Source: a virus (taxonomy: Duplodnaviria > Heunggongvirae > Uroviricota > Caudoviricetes). From it: DNA of 23,379 bases. Within the stretch, counting starts at the first letter, position 1; each line of letters starts with the position of its first letter. Under the pieces are notes generated by a model that saw only the letters and a program-made list of their open reading frames with translations, did no database searches and had not been told where the DNA came from. Shown here in pieces: positions 15,936 to 23,379 of the stretch. The stretch spans positions 1-23,379 of the IMG/VR virus record IMGVR_UViG_2690316028_000004; one strand, written 5' to 3'. A program made the translations under genes and the position numbers.

Positions 15936-18356
15936 TTAATACAGGTTCCGCCACTTATCATCTTCCTTCAGACGCTGGTTCCGATAGAAGATACGCAAGC
16001 CTGCTCCTGATGGAATACTGCCGCCGCGAAGGAGTAAATCGACCTCTTTCTCGCTGCCATCAAATCCTCTGGACTTCAGTTCATAGACGAGCTGCTGTCG
16101 TTGATGGTCTGTAATTCGCTGTTTGTAGTCTCTACGCCGTTTCGGTTTCACCAGACGTAACCTTGCAGCCAGTTCCCGGCGCTCTTTTTTGTTCATACTG
16201 TGCAGGTAATCGTGCAACTCCCTGTCATCCATGCGGGTAATATCCGTTCTGGTGTCCCCATCAGCTGATTTATCTTTCTCCTGTTGGTTCAAATTTTCAG
16301 CAAGGGGACAGTTATTGCCACGAGTCCGAGTCCAAGGGGCGCAAGCGCCCTGGTCGGCTGCCGCCTCCTGAACGTCAACGGCTTTACGAACCATTTTCCA
16401 CTTCACTGCATGAGTGCAGATCTTGCCCTCTGCAATGGGTGACCAGATGCCATAAATACGAATACCGTGATCGCCATAGGCGGTCGGCTCTTCATTGATT
16501 TCATAAGCGGTTCTGATCAAGTGATATTTGCGAGGAACCAGCACGCCGCCCTGCCTCATAATGTAGGTGGCAAAACAGCCAGCATCAGCAGCAGCCAGGA
16601 TGGCATCAAGGCGCGGGTTATCCAGTACCGGCGCACCTGCTTTTTTGTCACCCTGCTGCCTTGCCGCCTGACCAGCCAACAACCGCAGTTCACGGTAAGC
16701 CTGACGCCCTGGAATACCAAAGAAGCGGAATTGCTGAACACGATGCAGAGACGCCCAGGCATTAACGTATTCAGCGTTATCACGCAGGGATTTACCCGTT
16801 TCCTTGCTGATCTCGCCAGCCAGACCACGCCCGTCAATGTTCTTACTGATGTATTTCGCGATGTAGCTTGTTGGCGTACCTTTGCGCGGGTTTATCAGCT
16901 CAGACTTAAAGCGTGGTCCTGTGTTATTACCCAGCTCCTCGCGGTCTTCACGAATGGCAAACTTACGCAACAAAGCAGTAATGGCGCGGCGATCTTTTTT
17001 GCGCATAAAACACAACAGGTGCCAGTGAACTGTACCGTCATGATGCGGCTCAGCCACCCGCACGCCATACCAGCGCAATCCGGCTTTGTGCATCGCCTTA
17101 CGAAATGCAGCAAACATGCCGACCAGATAATCACTGCTTTGTCTTACCGTCGCATTTGTCCAGGTCGGGTTGGGCCTGCCGTTATTTAGCGTGGAATGGA
17201 AACGTGACGGACAGGTGATGGTGTAGAAAACGGCGCAGTCACCGCGCATTTCCGCGATAAGCTCCAGACCTTTAACACAGGCCATCATCTCATTGCGGCG
17301 ATGTGCCGGGTTGCTGCTGCTGGCGTTTACCACATCTTCCATATCCAGCGTGTCGCCGTCTTCGTTCACCAGTTCATGAGAACGGAAAAACTCCAGCGAC
17401 TTACGGCGCTGCTCACGTTTATGCGTCACGGCTTCATAGCTGACATAGGGAGATGCTTTTTTGCTGACCAGGCAGACAGCACGCAACTGCTCTTCCCGCC
17501 ATTCGCAACGCATCTTCCACAATTTTCGATACCACCAGTCGGCGCAAAGCATACGTGCCAGCGAACCCGGTATGAGTTCATAGGGCACGGGTTTGCGGCG
17601 GTTTCTTTTCCGGCGGAGTTGCTCAAACGCAGGCGGGATAACATCCAGTCGCAGGGTTTCCGCTGCCACCTTTTCCCATGTCTTGCGGATTTCTTCTGGC
17701 TTAACGTCATCGGTGGCATATAAATCGCCACAAGCGGCATCAAGGCACATGCTCATATGCGCAGCTACCAGGGTGGACAGGCGCTTTACCTGATCCTGAC
17801 TCATTTCAGGCAGGATCAGCAGGCCCTCAAGCCCTTGATGGCTTGCCATAAAACGGAAAGAAGCGGATAGCTGACTGTCGCGTACACAATCCAGTCGCTC
17901 CAGACATGGCTTAATCGTCTCACGCAAATAGCGGGAATAAGCCTTTGGCCTGCCCAGGCTGCTGAAGTATTCGATACGTTGCATCAGCGGCTTGCTGATG
18001 TGGGTTGGCTGGGCGCTGACATCTGCCAGAATGACCATGTCCGGGTTAAAAAGCTGCTGCTCATGCGCAAGCTTTGCGCGGCTAATGAGCTTATCCTGCT
18101 CCATTTCGCGCTGGACAGGATCACGGGATTCATTAAAGAAATAACGCTCCCAGACCTGCTCACTCAGTGCCTCGCGGCGCAGTTGTTCCTGCTCGTTATC
18201 GGCAGCATACAGAGTGATCAGGTTTGAAAGTGCAGACTCCGGCGCAAATTCCGCCGGGTCCAGATAAGGGTTAATGGCCTTTTTCGGGCCGTTCCATGAA
18301 AATGATGCAGCGGCCTCGTTAAAGCCGCTAGAGTTGCTCATATCGTCATGACTCAT
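15936..18356 (-). CDS. A: Replication initiation protein A (rolling-circle nickase type)
   Basis: 806-aa ORF in the P2/186 gene A position at the end of the early operon; its start overlaps the Dam stop (ATGA). Confidence 0.85.
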   Translation of the reverse strand: MSHDDMSNSSGFNEAAASFSWNGPKKAINPYLDPAEFAPESALSNLITLYAADNEQEQLRREALSEQVWERYFFNESRDPVQREMEQDKLISRAKLAHEQQLFNPDMVILADVSAQPTHISKPLMQRIEYFSSLGRPKAYSRYLRETIKPCLERLDCVRDSQLSASFRFMASHQGLEGLLILPEMSQDQVKRLSTLVAAHMSMCLDAACGDLYATDDVKPEEIRKTWEKVAAETLRLDVIPPAFEQLRRKRNRRKPVPYELIPGSLARMLCADWWYRKLWKMRCEWREEQLRAVCLVSKKASPYVSYEAVTHKREQRRKSLEFFRSHELVNEDGDTLDMEDVVNASSSNPAHRRNEMMACVKGLELIAEMRGDCAVFYTITCPSRFHSTLNNGRPNPTWTNATVRQSSDYLVGMFAAFRKAMHKAGLRWYGVRVAEPHHDGTVHWHLLCFMRKKDRRAITALLRKFAIREDREELGNNTGPRFKSELINPRKGTPTSYIAKYISKNIDGRGLAGEISKETGKSLRDNAEYVNAWASLHRVQQFRFFGIPGRQAYRELRLLAGQAARQQGDKKAGAPVLDNPRLDAILAAADAGCFATYIMRQGGVLVPRKYHLIRTAYEINEEPTAYGDHGIRIYGIWSPIAEGKICTHAVKWKMVRKAVDVQEAAADQGACAPWTRTRGNNCPLAENLNQQEKDKSADGDTRTDITRMDDRELHDYLHSMNKKERRELAARLRLVKPKRRRDYKQRITDHQRQQLVYELKSRGFDGSEKEVDLLLRGGSIPSGAGLRIFYRNQRLKEDDKWRNLY

Positions 18357-19210
18357 ACACGCACCTCGTACACAGCAGAACTATCTACGCCACGCGAAGG
18401 ATCAAATCCCACCCAGCAGCGCGCCCCGGAAACAGCAATGATTTCTGTTGCAGATTTACTCTCGCCAGCCGACACGCCGATGCTGCGTTTTGCCTTGATG
18501 TAGTGGTGAGTGAAATTGCGATACAGCGAACGAATCAGGGATGTGTCACTGTTAGAAACAATGACCGGATGACCTTCAGATGATCGATGTTCAAGAACGG
18601 ATGCCAGGTGATACTGGTCATCTTCAGTGAAGCCATCAGTGTGATAGCCGGAAAACGTACCGTCATACGGCGGATCGCAATACACCACATCCCCCACCTG
18701 CAGCATCGCCAGCGTTTCATCAAAGCTTGCGCAGATAAACGTTGCACGCTGGGCTTTCTCTGCAAATGCGCGAATTTCTTTTTCAGGGAAATACGGATTT
18801 TTATAATTACCGTACGGAATGTTGAAATGCCCGCTCTTGTTATAGCGACATAATCCACGGTAACCATGACGATTGAGATACAGGAAATATACCGCTTTCA
18901 TGAAATCAGTAATTTCAGTGGAGTAATTAAACTCCTGCCTTATGTTGTAATAAGCCACCTCCCTGTTTGCGATCTCAAATAAAACTCTGGCGCGAGATAT
19001 AAACGATTCACAATCAGCGGCAACCTTTTTATAGAGGTTGATTAAATCAGGATTAATATCCGCAACCAGATAGCTGGGGTAATCCGTCTCCATCATCACA
19101 GCACAGGAACCCGCGAAAGGTTCAACCAGTCGCGGGCCAGCAGGAAGGTGTTTTTTCAGTTCGGACATAATGGCGGTTTTATTTCCCGCCCATTTCAGGA
19201 TGGTGCTCAT
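18353..19210 (-). CDS. dam: DNA adenine methyltransferase (Dam-like)
   Basis: [12 protein letters not shown]-terminus, FAGSCAV region and DPPY catalytic motif (CDPPYDGTF). The ORF track extends to 19270, but the ATG at 19210 overlaps the stop of the upstream gene (ATGA) and gives the typical Dam N-terminus. Confidence 0.85.
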   Translation of the reverse strand: MSTILKWAGNKTAIMSELKKHLPAGPRLVEPFAGSCAVMMETDYPSYLVADINPDLINLYKKVAADCESFISRARVLFEIANREVAYYNIRQEFNYSTEITDFMKAVYFLYLNRHGYRGLCRYNKSGHFNIPYGNYKNPYFPEKEIRAFAEKAQRATFICASFDETLAMLQVGDVVYCDPPYDGTFSGYHTDGFTEDDQYHLASVLEHRSSEGHPVIVSNSDTSLIRSLYRNFTHHYIKAKRSIGVSAGESKSATEIIAVSGARCWVGFDPSRGVDSSAVYEVRV

Positions 19211-19434
19211 ACAGCACCTCCGTTGTAATGTTTGCCTTTCAGCTCTGCAATTTCCTGGCAGGTAATGCAAAGCTGCACACCCGGAATGGCACGGCGGCGT
19301 GCTGGCGGAATTGGCGCTTCACACTCAATGCAAAGCACGCGAGACACGCCCGGTGTTTTGGCACGGGCAGCACGGATATGGCGCTGGCGTTCTTCTTCAA
19401 CGCGCTGCTGTACGAGATCCATTGCATCAGCCAT
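19207..19434 (-). CDS. TraR/DksA-family C4 zinc-finger protein
   Basis: 75 aa with CxxC-N17-CxxC (CIECEAPIPPARRRAIPGVQLCITC) in the early operon. Confidence 0.75.
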   Translation of the reverse strand: MADAMDLVQQRVEEERQRHIRAARAKTPGVSRVLCIECEAPIPPARRRAIPGVQLCITCQEIAELKGKHYNGGAV

Positions 19435-19673
19435 TAGTGGATCTCCTGCGCTTCGTTCTGGATTGCTTCAGCAGTCACACGCAGCAGTTCTGCCGCTTCC
19501 ACGTGGTTTAGCTGACGGGATGAGATATGACACGCCAGGCTATCAAGGCGAGCTGCCATTGCTTCAGCCCTTGCCCGGCGTTCTTCCAGACGAGCCTCTG
19601 TCAGTAAAATATTAAGCCCAGCATCATCCGGTCCGGTTTTAGTCGTGAGGATTTCAATATTACGCATAATCAA
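19434..19673 (-). CDS. Hypothetical early-operon protein
   Basis: 79-aa ORF coupled to the downstream zinc-finger gene; position corresponds to small non-essential early genes of P2/186. Confidence 0.55.
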   Translation of the reverse strand: MIMRNIEILTTKTGPDDAGLNILLTEARLEERRARAEAMAARLDSLACHISSRQLNHVEAAELLRVTAEAIQNEAQEIH

Positions 19674-19734
19674 TTCTCCTGAATTTAGATAAAGGGATGC
19701 TCGGCGGGTTTACGCCATTAATTTCATTAGTTGG

Positions 19735-20076
19735 TTAATTCGGCATGGTTAGCCGTCTGGGAAATAAGCTCACCACTGCACGAAAATGATTCATTGCTTT
19801 AATCAACTCCCGCTTTTCGTCAGTGGTCAGCTCATTGATGCTGATGCTATGACGTTCAGCCGGAATTTTTGCCATAAAGAATATGGCTGCCAGTGCTCGT
19901 TTATTTTGTTCGTTATTGATATCCCGTGGATCACGCATATCTTTAATAAACCGCTCAAGCTCTGACTCAATATTCAGGCCAAAAACTTTCGCCCTTAATT
20001 CCGCTATGTGATTAAGTCCATTCAGGCGTTCACCGGGGCTTAATGGAACAGTCGCCGCAGCGCCTTCAATAGCCAT
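19735..20076 (-). CDS. Hypothetical early-operon protein
   Basis: 113-aa ORF in the early operon on the coding strand of that operon. Confidence 0.55.
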   Translation of the reverse strand: MAIEGAAATVPLSPGERLNGLNHIAELRAKVFGLNIESELERFIKDMRDPRDINNEQNKRALAAIFFMAKIPAERHSISINELTTDEKRELIKAMNHFRAVVSLFPRRLTMPN

Positions 20077-20240
20077 TTGTTCCCCCGTTTTTTCGTAGAT
20101 AGTTCTGCCAGCAATTCATCTTGTGAACGGCACGGATGCCAGCGTTTACCATCCTCACCCATGATCCAGCCGTGACCGTAGTGCATTGCCGGGCTTTGTT
20201 TTACCAGCAGCGATGCAAATGATGGTTCTTTCGTCAGCAT
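20040..20240 (-). CDS. Small Fil-like early protein (tentative)
   Basis: Internal start MLTKEPSFASLLVKQSPAMHYGHGWIMGEDGKRWHPCRSQ resembles small proteins found just downstream of cII in 186-like phages. The ORF track extends the frame to 20270. Confidence 0.45.
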   Translation of the reverse strand: MLTKEPSFASLLVKQSPAMHYGHGWIMGEDGKRWHPCRSQDELLAELSTKKRGNKWLLKALRRLFH

Positions 20241-20247
20241 AAGCACC

Positions 20248-20766
20248 TCACAGCAAACCGAATGAAGCACCGAGGCCAGTCACGGTATCAACTGCACTCG
20301 CCATCGCAGGATTAGCCTGTAAACGGGCCTGCAATGAAACAGCAGCCAGCGCCATCAGTCGTGTTACAGAGTTAATGCTGCTGATAGCATCACGACGACC
20401 TGCACTGGTTTTTACATCGCCAGATACCGCACCTGCAGCAACACGTCCGATCTCTGCGGTTGCACTCATGACGTAATGTGGCAGTTTCTCTTTTGCTACC
20501 TCATTAATCGGTACACATGGCAGACAGTGAATCTGAGCCAGAAAGCCATCTACCAGCGTCGAATCTTCAGTCAGATCGGTAAGCAGCCAAATTTCTGGTG
20601 CGGTTAATAAATGAGGTTGAGCAGGGTTCAACTTGTTTCGCAGAATCTGCACATTCATTCCTGCACGTCCTGCCAGCTGCACCAGGTTGTGGCGCAGTGC
20701 GAATGCACGACAGGCTTCATCAAAATGTGGATGTTTGGAAACTTGGTAATCAAACATGGTTTTCAA
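20248..20766 (-). CDS. cII: 186-type CII-like lysogeny regulator
   Basis: 172 aa beginning [27 protein letters not shown]...[11 protein letters not shown], which I recognise as the phage CII (CP76) family pattern; second gene of the rightward early operon as in 186. Confidence 0.7.
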   Translation of the reverse strand: MKTMFDYQVSKHPHFDEACRAFALRHNLVQLAGRAGMNVQILRNKLNPAQPHLLTAPEIWLLTDLTEDSTLVDGFLAQIHCLPCVPINEVAKEKLPHYVMSATAEIGRVAAGAVSGDVKTSAGRRDAISSINSVTRLMALAAVSLQARLQANPAMASAVDTVTGLGASFGLL

Positions 20767-20821
20767 TTCCGAACTTATCGCAAAATCGAACTCAGCGTCT
20801 TATTGCGAAAATAGACGTCTA

Positions 20822-21025
20822 TTAAGCAGACAAAGCATCAACAGTCAGAGCAGCCAGGTTAATCATTACCTTTTCACGTTTTTTGTCTTTACGAAGACGA
20901 TGACGAGGTAGTCGGCCATCAGCCAACATGTCGTTAATCGTATCAATAGAAAGGCCAGTCAGTTCGCTATAACGTTCGATTGTGACATGTGGTGTATTCA
21001 GAGTAATTGAAATGTTAGGTGTCAT
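20822..21025 (-). CDS. Apl/Cox-like excisionase and early transcriptional regulator
   Basis: 67-aa HTH protein ([22 protein letters not shown]), first gene of the early operon and divergent from the repressor. Confidence 0.7.
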   Translation of the reverse strand: MTPNISITLNTPHVTIERYSELTGLSIDTINDMLADGRLPRHRLRKDKKREKVMINLAALTVDALSA

Positions 21026-21170
21026 AAGGCAACATTCCTTCTAGATATGGCTTGTGGCGAGCCGTTGTTTGTCGTGATTAGTAGTGAAGGCTCCAAAAGA
21101 AGACTTCTGGTTCAACTTTAAGATCGCTTTTGGAATCTGTCAACGAATTTTGGATTTCTTTGGAGGATTT
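21026..21170. promoter_or_regulatory. Immunity switch region (pR/pL-type promoters and operators)
   Basis: Non-coding interval between the divergent apl/cox start and the probable CI start; P2/186 phages place their lytic and lysogenic promoters here. Individual operators were not resolved. Confidence 0.5.
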
Positions 21171-21740
21171 GTGGATTTCAATAGCGGCGGTAAGAAAGCC
21201 ATAGAACGTTTGGTTGAAGCATACGGGTTCGGTACCCGTCAGGCTCTCTGTGATCATTTAGGTGTTTCTAAGAGCACCATGGCAACGCGTTATATGCGTG
21301 ATATTTTTCCGGCAGATTGGGTAATCCAGTGCGCCCTTGAAACGGGTACCTCGCTTAATTGGCTAACAACAGGGCATGGTTCAAAGCAAGCATCAGCAAA
21401 TACAAATACTATAGAAGTAGTAAAATATTTATTGTCTGATGGAGCATTGCAGGAAGACGGTTTTTATATTTTTGATAAGGGATTTCTACCCTCTACGTTT
21501 AAAAAACCTTTTGTCATCACAGATAACAATTCTGAATTTATTTGTGATAAAGAATTTGATGATATACGTGATGGTAAATGGGTAATAAGTATTGATGGCG
21601 AAATAACAATCCGCGACATCACTCGTTTACCCGGTGGAAGAATTTTCGTTGAAGGTGGAAACAGAGCCTTCGAGTGCAAGATAGAAGATGTTGAAATAAT
21701 TGGAAAAATTATAAGCTTAACAGTTAAGTATGTTAGATAA
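21171..21740 (+). CDS. cI: CI-like immunity repressor
   Basis: Probable GTG start at 21171 preceded by GGAGG (21162..21166). The N-terminus contains the ERLVEAYGF and HCALETG...NWL motifs I recall from 186 CI. The ORF track offers a longer frame from a GTG at 21084. Confidence 0.7.
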   Translation: MDFNSGGKKAIERLVEAYGFGTRQALCDHLGVSKSTMATRYMRDIFPADWVIQCALETGTSLNWLTTGHGSKQASANTNTIEVVKYLLSDGALQEDGFYIFDKGFLPSTFKKPFVITDNNSEFICDKEFDDIRDGKWVISIDGEITIRDITRLPGGRIFVEGGNRAFECKIEDVEIIGKIISLTVKYVR

Positions 21741-21755
21741 TACCTGGAGGAAACT

Positions 21756-21938
21756 ATGCTTGGTAAGTTTTTTTTTGTGGTTTTATCATGCTCTTTGTTA
21801 TTAAACCCACTAACTACCTATGCTAAAAATTATCCTTGTTCTGGGAAAAAGGGAGGTGTCTCTCACTGTACCTCTGATGGAAAATTTGTTTGCAATGATG
21901 GAACCATCAGTAAATCCAAAAAAACATGCATCAAATAA
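21756..21938 (+). CDS. Small exported cysteine-containing protein (signal peptide; possible lipoprotein)
   Basis: 60 aa with N-terminal signal ([23 protein letters not shown]), four cysteines in the mature part, and GGAGG 8 nt upstream of the ATG. AT-rich; immediately downstream of cI. Confidence 0.6.
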   Translation: MLGKFFFVVLSCSLLLNPLTTYAKNYPCSGKKGGVSHCTSDGKFVCNDGTISKSKKTCIK

Positions 21939-21951
21939 TAAGGAAATATGA

Positions 21952-23283
21952 ATGAGCACAGATATAACTTTCGATATACGTGATGAATATAAAAGAAAAG
22001 CCATTGCAGAAAAAATAATAAGTTTGCTAGAGTCTAATATTCCTGTTTCACCTATGGTCATAGATGGGGACTGGGGGACTGGAAAAACAGAGTTTTCAAA
22101 AAAGTTAGCATCCTTAATTGAAATAAACTCGACCAATCATAAAGTAGTTTATATAGATGCTTTTACTGAAGATCACAACGATGCTCCCATACTTACAATA
22201 ATGGCCGCAATTGCAGCTCTATATAATAGCGATGAAAAAAAGGAATTAATATCTAAGGCATTGCCAGCCCTCAGATTCGGACTTAAGACTGTACTCAAAG
22301 CTGGTGCTGGTTGGGTATTAAAACAAAATGCGGATGAAATTAATGAGGAATTTGAAGAGGTTATCAAAGACGCTGCAAATTCAGCTATCGATGGAACCAT
22401 CGAGGCTCTGTTAGAAGATCATATCGAGGCACAAAAGAACGTTCTTGCTCTAAAAGAAGTACTAACCAAATTAGCTGGAGAAAGTAAACTAACAATAATT
22501 ATAGATGAGTTAGACAGATGTAAGCCTAGTTTTGCCATTTCTATTATTGAAAATATAAAACATGTTTTTGATATAAAAAACATTAACTTTTTATTAATTG
22601 CAAACACAACTCAACTAAAAGCATCCATAAATCATATCTATGGCTCTTCTGTAGACTCCAACCGTTATCTTGACAAATTTATAAAATTTACATACAGCCT
22701 TCCTGTTACCTTTAAGGAAGATAATTATAATGACACTTTAACTTCCAAAAATCATTGGATGATGCTATGTGAGCAATCTGAAAGGCTGACCGCTGCAGTA
22801 GAAGCCAGCGAAGATATTTTCTTACAGTTCATTGAAAGTAGAAAATTATCATTACGTGAGGTTGAAACACTTGCTAGATATGTTGAAATATACCAACTAC
22901 TATCAGGCGACAAAATTAGCAACAAATATATTTATGGATATTGCTATTACAGGACTCTAGCGATAATAATCTACACTTTTAACCGAGAGTTAGCTCTCAA
23001 CTTTCTTGAAGATAAAGTTGATGCTCAATCAATCATGAAATTGTTTGGTTTGTCTAAATTTTCATATCAAACAAGTGAATATAATGTAGATAATTATGAA
23101 TATGCTATATTTGGAATAGTTTACAAATACTTATCTGAAAACTCATCTCTTTTACCTACTGAGGAAAATATAAAAAGACAATGGGCAGAAATGAGTGAAT
23201 ACCATTTTTTAAAAGGTAGTGGCGGTATTGGTGAACCAACAAATATTGTGAAAGATGCTTTAAAAGTTTTTTTACTTCAGTGA
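21952..23283 (+). CDS. KAP-family P-loop NTPase
   Basis: 443 aa with Walker A GDWGTGKT and Walker B IIIDELDRC in a KAP-like arrangement; AT-rich; AAGGAAA upstream of the ATG; same strand as cI. Confidence 0.75.
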   Translation: MSTDITFDIRDEYKRKAIAEKIISLLESNIPVSPMVIDGDWGTGKTEFSKKLASLIEINSTNHKVVYIDAFTEDHNDAPILTIMAAIAALYNSDEKKELISKALPALRFGLKTVLKAGAGWVLKQNADEINEEFEEVIKDAANSAIDGTIEALLEDHIEAQKNVLALKEVLTKLAGESKLTIIIDELDRCKPSFAISIIENIKHVFDIKNINFLLIANTTQLKASINHIYGSSVDSNRYLDKFIKFTYSLPVTFKEDNYNDTLTSKNHWMMLCEQSERLTAAVEASEDIFLQFIESRKLSLREVETLARYVEIYQLLSGDKISNKYIYGYCYYRTLAIIIYTFNRELALNFLEDKVDAQSIMKLFGLSKFSYQTSEYNVDNYEYAIFGIVYKYLSENSSLLPTEENIKRQWAEMSEYHFLKGSGGIGEPTNIVKDALKVFLLQ

Positions 23284-23379
23284 TATGTATGGCTATACAA
23301 ATTCATACATTGACACTGGTTATATATGGGTCTTCCCCGATCATGGTGGGAAGGCTCAGAACGCCATATTCAGCTTTCC

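Larger units (their letters stand above)
1..23379. mobile_element. P2/186-family temperate phage (prophage) segment: tail, lysis, head, terminase/portal, cos, replication and immunity modules plus cargo islands
   Basis: Gene order and protein similarities follow the P2/186 late and early operon layout in reverse orientation; a cos-like sequence and a CI/Apl switch are present. The window starts inside tail fibre gene H and ends just after the cargo downstream of cI, so neither att site is seen. Confidence 0.9.

Noticed and set aside
16467-17793. Plus-strand ORFs inside the gene A region (16467..17189, 17301..17723, 17593..17793) and short minus-strand ORFs in other frames
   Set aside because: All lie within or antisense to the 806-aa replication gene A, which is supported by length, position and translational coupling with dam.
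21464-22607. Minus-strand ORFs antisense to cI and the KAP NTPase gene (21464..21679, 21810..22136, 22173..22400, 22419..22607)
   Set aside because: Low-complexity products opposite well-supported plus-strand genes with RBSs; AT-rich DNA often yields such frames.
1-23379. CRISPR arrays, rRNA or tRNA genes, insertion sequences
   Set aside because: I looked for regularly spaced direct repeats, cloverleaf-like tRNA segments and transposase-like ORFs or terminal inverted repeats and found none; the attachment site and any tRNA integration target would lie outside this window.

Overview
This window is a nearly contiguous stretch of a P2/186-family (Peduovirus-like) temperate phage, most likely a prophage in an enterobacterial host. 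All calls rest on reading the supplied ORF translations and the raw sequence by eye; no searches or computations were run. Gene order on the minus strand is tail fibre H (partial), baseplate I-J-W-V, tail completion S-R, the lysis cassette (lysC nested in lysB, lysA, endolysin K, holin Y), X, then head genes L-M-N-O. Terminase P and portal Q diverge on the plus strand. After a cos-like site come an SOS-type operon (small ORF plus DinI-like), replication gene A, and a translationally coupled early operon (Dam methylase, TraR-like zinc finger, small ORFs, 186-type CII, Apl/Cox) facing a CI-like repressor. The CII-like protein and the LexA-controlled DinI-like operon make it look more like 186 than P2. 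Three AT-rich cargo islands interrupt the GC-rich backbone and are the main points of interest. (1) Between portal Q and cos, a two-gene operon encodes a HipA-like kinase core followed by a protein with a HipA-N/HipS-like N-terminus fused to a HIRAN domain; this is the strongest candidate for an undescribed defence or toxin system. (2) Between cos and the SOS operon sits a 176-aa protein of unknown function, at the position P2 uses for old/tin. (3) Immediately downstream of cI lie a small exported cysteine-containing protein and a KAP-family P-loop NTPase, placed to be expressed in the lysogen. Domain assignments are motif-level and need HMM or structure confirmation.
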